Source of the DNA: Tubiluchus corallicola
Lineage: Eukaryota > Animalia > Priapulida
Length of the DNA: 64,000 bases
Assembly: GCA_030141605.1 (NCBI GenBank)
Contig: JAQGDQ010000564.1
Coordinates: forward strand, 1-64,000
Direction: 5' to 3'
Under the pieces are notes generated by a model. It worked only from the letters and a program-made list of their open reading frames with translations, did no database searches and was not told the DNA's origin. The position numbers were made by a program, and so were the translations under genes. Positions 55,991 through 64,000 of this stretch are shown here, in pieces (position 1 is the stretch's first letter; each line of letters starts with the position of its first letter).

Positions 55991-56595
55991 AATAACGTGG
56001 TACAACATAACCTTCGGTAGAGGTTATGAAAATAACAAATAATAGCATAGAATAATATAACTCATCAAAGTATTGCTGAATCAATAGAAAATCTGTCCAA
56101 CCGTTAATTTTTAATGCAGAAGCTTAGCTTGTGCATTTTGCCAGAAAATATAATTAAATATTAATTATAAAATCCGCAATAAGCATGATGCCAATGCAAA
56201 ACTATAGAACACTCAAAACTCGGATTAGGAAAATGCAGAAGTAAAACAGCTAGTCCAACATTTTAGAAGTTGTCCTTTGAGTTTATTTTTTAGAACTAGA
56301 CAATACAAATTTCTGCTTATAAAATTCAGTTTTTATAGTTTATCTTATCAAAATAAATTTGTATTGACACTTAATTACAAAGTGTAGTAATCGCACGCAC
56401 TTAAAAAAGTACTTTCTCAAAATTTGGCACATTTTTTATTTATCAATAACAATATTAAATTATAGGGTAAATTAAATGAATTAGATACTTATTTGTAAAG
56501 ACTAAGCATATTACCTGGAGTAAGATGGGCATTTCACTTTCTCAAGACCTTTCTTGCCCACTTCTGTAACATTCTTCTCCCATTTATTTTTGGAG

Positions 56596-56751
56596 GCTCC
56601 AGAGTGGTGGCTAAACCAGAATCATCCTGCAGACAAGCAACATTGGAGGAACGAGCCAAACTACTCCATTCTGGTCGACACCAGAGACAGAGCCGCTCCT
56701 CAAACCACATATGTACCTGGTGATAATTTAGAAGTCATAAAATACCAAAAG
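56596..56751 (+). pseudogene. Orphan exon encoding part of a YccV/HspQ-like (hemimethylated DNA-binding-like, FBXO21-type) domain
   Basis: APEWWLNQNHPADKQHWRNEPNYSILVDTRDRAAPQTTYVPGDNLEVIKYQK fits the YccV pattern P.Y.ILVD...TYV...NL. Perfect donor AAG|gtaagt, but the acceptor is a weak gag. No partner exons seen. Confidence 0.6.
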
Positions 56752-58154
56752 GTAAGTATAGGAATGATAAATGCATACTGACACACAATGAACTGTGATT
56801 CAAACAATTCTTGTTGTAGGGCAATTATGTGCACTGACAACTCTGCTTGCACAGGTGTAGCGGAATTTTCAAATGGCAGTTAAACGCGCTTTTCACTGAA
56901 TTAACAAACTTTCTAATTGTTGAAATTGTCCATGTGTCATACCTTACCTAATATAGCGATCAAATTTTCGAATTGGCGAGTCAAGTTTGACACGCATCAG
57001 TATTCTGATGTAACAAAATAATGTTGTTTTGTTACTCGGCTTCATTTCACATCTTTTTTCTATTCTTGCAACAGGAAGTGGGAACAGGATCAGTATATCA
57101 GGCACCAAAAATGAACACAAGATCTTTCGGACATCTCACAAGCTGTTAGTGGAGTACCGATCAATGGTATGCTCTTGGAAGCAAAAGCAATTTATGGATG
57201 ATCATTTTAGTCTCCATTCTGTTTTTCAGGATACCTGCAACGTGGTCTGTTGCTTCATCAGGTTTGAGGTTTGGTGAATTTTCAGGCCATTAATTGGAAT
57301 TGCTGTGCCATCAACCGATAATTCTCTCCTGTACTGTAAGCTGTGCGAAGCATATAGGATTTCCGTTTCAAATATTAAGGTCTTGACAGTTTCACGATTG
57401 TTTTATCAGTACTTTAGTACAGTAAATTGAACAATTTTTGAACATTTAAAAAATTACGAGTTGTTTTTGTAGCTCCTAGCAAAAAACTTAAGAAACTGTA
57501 TCATCATTTTGAGCTAATGTTTAATAAAATTGGCAATTTTAATATTTAATAAGGGAAGTGCCAACATCAGCTTGAATTTTATTTATTCGTTATATTGATA
57601 AGCAGTTGCACAATTGTGAGTTTTATTTTTGTACGCTTGTTCACGTGACTGATTTTATGTCATTAAATACCACTGTGGTTATTGCACATTTCTTTACTCA
57701 TTATAAAGTTCATTAGAAAAACAGATAAATAACAAAGTTGATTATATGTGAATTAAACGTCCCCATTACGTAATAATACATTTATCTATGCTATTTACAC
57801 AACAATCGCGGCATCTGTAATAATCACAAGACATGTTACCAAATGGTTCGTTTGTAATTATTAAAAGTATCAAATCAAATTAATTACCATAATGAAAAAG
57901 CATTTTAATTAAAGAATTTAGATTTTTTTATTTGGCAAAAACTTGCTAACAAAGTGCACACTAGTTTTTGCAAGAGAGACAAGCCCACAACTATTGACTT
58001 AACAAATAAACCTTATCCTAGGGTGTAGACTGTGTAAAATAAACTGTGTTAAATAAATAAATATTCTCTTAAAACTATAAAATATTTAGTCAGAAATCAG
58101 CATAATAGTAGCCACAAAAAAGTGAGGAAAACTGGAAGCAGATAGAGTAGAAAA

Positions 58155-58425
58155 TCGTCTGTGGCATCAGTCCAGTAACGTCAGTTGTTTTCGTGGACTT
58201 TACTTAATTGTGCGTTAGTCTGCATGGAGTAATTTAATAGCAGGGTCTTGCTTGGGAACAAGAAAAAATGAACTAGGTTAGGTTCTAGCTAGGCTGTTAA
58301 AGCTGTTACTATTACAATAGCATGGACTGCGAGGCGTTGTCAAGTGTACACAAATGTGTTGTCTGGTACACCTAACCTTTGCCATTTTCACAATCATCAT
58401 CAATCGCTGGAACTGTGAAAAGACT
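58155..58425 (-). mobile_element. Family A partial copy
   Basis: Reverse copy, one terminus retained. Confidence 0.7.
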
Positions 58426-58435
58426 TATTGTAATA

Positions 58436-58440
<5 letters not shown>

Positions 58441-58514
<74 letters not shown>

Positions 58515-58584
58515 CCTCTCTCTGCCCCCTCTGTCTCTCGCTTTCTCTCTCTCTTTCCCTCTCTCTCTCTCAATCTCTCTCTCT

Positions 58585-58680
<96 letters not shown>

Positions 58681-58692
58681 CTCTCTGTCTTT
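58441..58692. repeat. (TC)n tract
   Basis: Direct reading. Confidence 0.97.
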
Positions 58693-59084
58693 CCTTGTCA
58701 TAGTCAGTCAAATAGGCTGTCTCTCCCAGTAACAAATACACAAAAATGAACATGCTAGAGCCTAATCATATAGATATGATTATAGAGCGCAGCATTAAAT
58801 GCGGCTTTTTTAGATTTATGCCGTCTTTGACTCATTGTGTGTCAGTAAATTTGTATAGCAGGTTTGAGTTCATAATTACTCAGCCATCGAAAGTGAACTT
58901 AGCCCAGTAAAATATCATTGATAATTCGTATTATGTTGATTTAAGCAATAATAAGGCAAAGTACGAAGCGTCTCCGTCATCGTCACGGCTCAATGACTCG
59001 ATGTTCCAATGTGGCATTACTGCTGAGTGAAATTATTCTTGCGTTTCAGGGTTTTTTGTTCGATTTAGTGTTTTGAATATAAAA

Positions 59085-59172
59085 ATGTCGATTTATAAGC
59101 AATCCTTGATCTTCCTAATAGTGGGATTCTGTTTCCAGTGGTGTACATGTTTGAAAGAAGCTGTACCCGAGG
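59085..59172 (+). CDS. Secreted protein exon 1, signal peptide (MSIYKQSLIFLIVGFCFQWCTCLKEAVPE)
   Basis: AAAAATGT start context, hydrophobic core, donor G|gtatgt (phase 1); acceptor gtttcag ending at 59049. Confidence 0.75.
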
Positions 59173-59928
59173 GTATGTACGTAGAGACATAGCCTAAACA
59201 ATTAATAGATAGAATAGTTTATGATAGTAGAATTTCTGCATAGCTGGCAGTAACATTAAGTTAATAGCGGTGAAATTTAGAACATATTTGCAATGAATTT
59301 TAATTATTCCGCTCAATTCCCATTCAAATATGAACACAAATATGCGTAGCCCTTATTAGAATTTTTTGTAAAAAGAACATTAAACGCGTCTGTCAAACTA
59401 AAAACGAAATTCTCTTCTCACTGAACATTTTGACTCATCATTCAAGTATAAAAACACTAGGAGAAAATAGGATTTTTTGTGAAAGTAAACAAATGAACTT
59501 AAATTAAACCGCAGGAGAAGAACTAAGTTGTGAAATTTACTCATCTTGTCAAGTGAATTAATTATTGAAGGTTTCACAAGAAATGGGCTGAATGAGATGC
59601 TTTTATATTTACTAACTAACTAAATCAAAATTGTATTTATCGTATCATTTTTTGTATATATTTCTATCGTTACTAATTATCTATATGCACCTCTCCAGGG
59701 TACTGTGTATTGCATTAATTTAAGAGTATGTGTATTATGATAGACTAGATATCGTAGCGTGAACAACGCTATTACAGTGTAGCCAACACAGTTTGGGCCA
59801 GGCTTAATATTTATTATATGATACTTGTGAAAGGTTTAATGTATTATTTTGTGCACATTCATCTTTTGTCTAACAGTGAACTTGGACTATCCACTTTTGG
59901 TAAATTTGAGTCAGTAGTAGTACCAGAC

Positions 59929-60368
<440 letters not shown>

Positions 60369-60850
60369 ACTAATTTAAACACAACCTTGATAAACTCCCA
60401 ACCAAAAAATATTATTTTCTTACGAATAGCCTAAATTGTCGTAGTTCAAGAATATGCCGATACAACGGATAAACGGCTTTTAAGCACGTGACCAACTGAC
60501 AACACGTACTGCAGTAAGCGACAGTACTCTTTCTACCTAAAGTACAGCGTCTTATCTCAGACATGTGCGCATGGCCGCATGCGCACAGCAGCTAAACACA
60601 CCACTGTGCTGGGCTGTGAAGCAAACAGTACCACCCTCACGTGCTCCGGTTCCGCACAAGTATAAAGAAAAAACTAAAGAGAAAAAGATTATTATATTGA
60701 ATATTATCGATAATATTGAGTGAAAACAGGGGGTGCTGCAGTTCCACAGTACCTATGAACGAGTTGCCACTGTAAGTAGTAATTTTTACGATTGTTTAAT
60801 CAACCAGCGGCGACGGAAACTGTTCCTAGTGTGCAATGTTACTTTTTTAG

Positions 60851-61054
60851 ATCCAGGATTTCCAGAAATGGCGTCAACCTACAGTCTGCGTATTGAAGCG
60901 AATGTGAAAATGGACGATGGCGACTATACGATGGACACGGACGAGTACTGGGACGGAGAGAAACAGAAGGGAAGAGTCACTACGTATCGATACGACCAAG
61001 TTGATCACGTGATACACGATTTTTCTACAAATCAATCATATTCTTTTCTTGATA
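60851..61054 (+). CDS. Secreted protein exon 2 (DPGFPEMASTYSLRIEAN...EYWDGEKQKG...SFLD), LolA-like domain
   Basis: ttttttag acceptor, gtaggt donor, phase 1/1, open frame; P..P....YS.RIEAN...EY.D motif. Confidence 0.85.
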
Positions 61055-61175
61055 GTAGGTCGGATTTAAGAATTTCTAAAGTTAAACCATCTTTTATTAG
61101 TTAAATCGTTAGATGGCTAACTTCTCTTATTTGTTATATTTTGTTTATAGTAAAACCGGGTCCAATCTTAAACTG

Positions 61176-61722
61176 TATTTATTCATTCGTTCATTCATTC
61201 ATTCATTAATCCGTTTGTTCGTTCGTTCGCTCGTTCGTTCATTCATTCATTTATTTAGTCATTCGTTTGTTCATTAATAAATTAGTTCATTCATTCATTC
61301 ATTCATTCATTCATTCATTCATTCATTCATTCAATATTTTTTCATTTATTCATTCATTCATTCATTCAATCATTCATTCATTCGTTCGTTCGTTCGTTCA
61401 TTCATTCATTCATTCATTCATTCATTCATTCATTCAATATTTTTTCATTTATTCATTCATTCATTCATTCAATCATTCATTCAATATTTTTTCATTTATT
61501 CATTCATTCATTCATTCAATCATTCATTTATTCGTTCATTCGTTCATTCATTCATTCATTCATTCATTCATTCATTCATTCATTCATTCATTCATTCATT
61601 CATTCATTCATTCATTCCATTCGTTCATTCGTTAATTAATTTATTAATTTTTTTTTCATTCATTCACTCATTCATTTATTCATTCATTCATTCATTCATT
61701 CATTCATTCATTCAATCATTCA
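61176..61722. repeat. (TTCA)n microsatellite
   Basis: Direct reading. Confidence 0.95.
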
Positions 61723-62006
61723 TACCCGTATAATGCCACCACATCCAGCAAGCCTGCAGACATTTCTTTAACAGACTAAACAAACTAGCCAAAAACCAAT
61801 CAGCCACTTAGCAACCAAAGTTGTACTGCTGTCGCAACTACCTGAACGTGTGGCGCACCCTGCACGGCTTTTGAACGTTGTTTGTTTTCTAAACCATATA
61901 AATGAACATGCTACACTCGTATATGAAGTACATTATAACTGCGCCCGAATAAAAACTTATTTTATGTACGTTAGGTTTTAAAGGTTTTTAATTTTGTTGT
62001 TTGTAG

Positions 62007-62134
62007 GTGGCGCATGTGAAACTGGTGACGTCATTGATGACACAGGAATGTTTGGTAGCCTCATCTCCATGGCAGGAGGAGAGCCAATGGGACCAACAGC
62101 AGCCATAATGAGTTTGACAGAATTATACCCTACG
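62007..62134 (+). CDS. Secreted protein exon 3 (SGACETGDVIDDTGMFG...LYPT)
   Basis: tttgtag acceptor, gtatga donor, phase 1/0, consistent with neighbouring exons. Confidence 0.85.
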
Positions 62135-62173
62135 GTATGAACGCAATGGGCAATACAAAACTGCTGTAAAATA

Positions 62174-62541
62174 AGCCTTTAAGACAATTCCAGTGATTGA
62201 TGATGATCGTGAAGAGGTCAAAGGTTAAGTGAACCACACAACACATTTGTGTACACTTGACAACGCCTCGCATCCCATGCTGTTGTATTAGTAACAGTTT
62301 TAACAGCTAGACAGAACCTTACCTAGTTCGTTTTTTTTGTTACCAAGCAAGATCCTGCTAGTAAATAATCACTCTACACACAGACTAATGCATAATTAAG
62401 TAAAGTCCAGGTAAACCAACTGCAGTTACTGAACAGGTGTGGCGAATGCTTTCCTTTACTTACCTATCACGTGACGGTTGTAGTTGAGACGCTATGGTAC
62501 TCTTAACTTTTGACCTACAGCAACTGCGCGTGCGCACAACG
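62174..62541 (+). mobile_element. Family A copy
   Basis: Starts TA-AGCCTTT; same body. Confidence 0.75.
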
Positions 62542-62902
62542 TGCAGATGCTTATTAGATCATTAACTAGATATTAATTTGTGTTAGGTGAGATATAGGAC
62601 ACAAACTTTACTACTTTCTGAAAAAATTATGGTATTTAGGCAGAAATAAAAGTGAAATAATAGTTTGAAGTGCTAGCCAAGAATCGAACCCAAAACCCTT
62701 TCACAGCTGGACGGAGTTAACGTAAACGCAGACAAGTTCCATTTTGAATCTGTTAGTCTGTTGCCTGATACTTTTCAACACGCCACAAATAGTTGTATCA
62801 TTACGTTGTTACTTAAGTAGGAGCAGTTTCAAGAACAGTTAATTACAACTTGGACTAATTAAGTTTAGATAGTTTGTTCGATTTTAAAGTTGATCGTGTT
62901 AA

Positions 62903-63438
62903 AGGAAAATCGGATGATTGTGTAAACACGAGTTCAGAATAAAGAATGTTCTAAAACATTAAAAACTACACTAGGATATTTAAAATCAAAGCTTAGATTA
63001 AATATTAATTACCTCGGATAATCAAATTTCGTTAAACTTTCAAAGCTACGCGCGGCTCAGTGAATCTACTAAGATTGGCAGCGCCGCCTTTTTGTCACGT
63101 TCGCGTGGCCGACAAATAGAAGGCGGTACCGTGATAACCGTGATCATGAACTGCCGTGTTAGTTTCTGACGTCATATGACGTACAGCCAATTTTCCTGAC
63201 ATCACGCGTAAAAGTAGTAACACTTACACAAACGTGCTTGACTCGCAAGGAAAGATGCCTACCATTATATAAGCTGTGGTAGGTTTGTGACGTAAGCAAT
63301 AGCTGTTGTCGTTAATTAACTTTCTTAGCTAACTATTCAAATATGAGAAACAATTGCTAAGTTTTATAGGCAAGAAAACGTATATTTTGGACGGTAAATT
63401 AAAACGAGATTGAGTCTAAACAATTGTTCGGTTTTCCT
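62903..63438 (+). mobile_element. Kolobok-like MITE K1
   Basis: TTAA TSD on both sides, AGGAAAA..TTTTCCT termini. Confidence 0.8.
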
Positions 63439-63484
63439 TTAAGTTAACTGCATGTCAATAGTAAATGAATCAATGTTTAAACAG

Positions 63485-63575
63485 GAATATAAGGGAAGAG
63501 AAACAGTTCGTGGAATCGAGGTTGATCAATGGACGACCAATGTAGCCACTATGAGTATAGTCTATTCTTGGAGTT
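63485..63575 (+). CDS. Secreted protein exon 4 (EYKGRETVRGIEVDQWTTNVATMSIVYSWS); gene continues past window
   Basis: tttaaacag acceptor, gtaagt donor; Y.G..TVRGI..D.W motif of metazoan LolA-like/ependymin-like folds. Confidence 0.85.
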
Positions 63576-63579
63576 GTAA

Positions 63580-64000
63580 GTTTTGTTGTTGTTGTTGTTG
63601 TTGTTATGGTGGTGGTTGTGGTGATGGTGGTGGTAGTCATGGTGGCTGTAGTTGTTGTTATTGTTGTTGCTGCTGCTGCTATTGCTTTTATAGTTCTTAT
63701 TATTGTTGTTGCTGCTGTTGTTGTTGTTACTGTGTTGTTGTTGTTGTTGTGATGGTGGTGGTGGTGTGATGGTGTTGTTGTTGGTGCTGGTGGGTGTGGT
63801 GCTGGTGATGGTAATGATGATGATGATGGTGGTGGAGGTAGTAGTCATGGTGGTCGTTGTCGTTGACATTGCTGTTGTTGTTGATGATGATGATGATGTT
63901 GCTGCTATGGCTGCTACTGCTGTTGATGATGATGATAATGTTGTTGCTGCTGCTGTTGCTGTTAGTTTTATTATTGTTGTTGCTGCTGCTATTGTTGTTG
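63580..64000. repeat. (TTG)/(TGG)/(TGC)/(TGA) compound trinucleotide repeat
   Basis: Direct reading; begins right after the exon 4 donor. Confidence 0.95.

Noticed and set aside
57220-57265. Hammerhead ribozyme core (minus strand CTGATGA plus GCAAC/GTTGC stem)
   Set aside because: The required GAAA does not directly follow stem II, and no stem I/III pairing is evident.

Overview
AT-rich, repeat-dense animal (invertebrate) genomic DNA; the 5S-derived sequence looks lophotrochozoan-like, but the taxon cannot be fixed from this window. The main feature is the 5' part of a beta-heavy spectrin gene (SPTBN5/karst-like) on the minus strand. I assembled 14 GT-AG coding exons by hand (42047 down to 608). 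They are phase-consistent, give 655 aa (CH1-CH2 actin-binding domain plus the first spectrin repeats), and the gene continues beyond position 1. On the plus strand a divergent gene starts at 59085: four exons encoding a signal peptide and a probable LolA-like domain. An orphan YccV/HspQ-like exon (56596-56751) lies between the two genes. Introns contain several MITE families (Sola1-like, two TTAA Kolobok-like, CAGGG-ended, and a high-copy AGCC-ended family), Helitron-like pieces, a LINE 3' fragment, two 5S-rRNA-headed SINEs, many mini- and microsatellites, and a 674-N gap. Nearly all long ORFs in the supplied track are repeat artefacts. The most unusual signal is the link between tandem arrays and splice sites. 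A 115-bp array duplicates an exon end and its donor so that each unit looks like a complete intron plus a 6-nt micro-exon, and a 35-bp array creates a ~1-kb AG-free zone at an acceptor. Family assignments come from recognition, not database searches.
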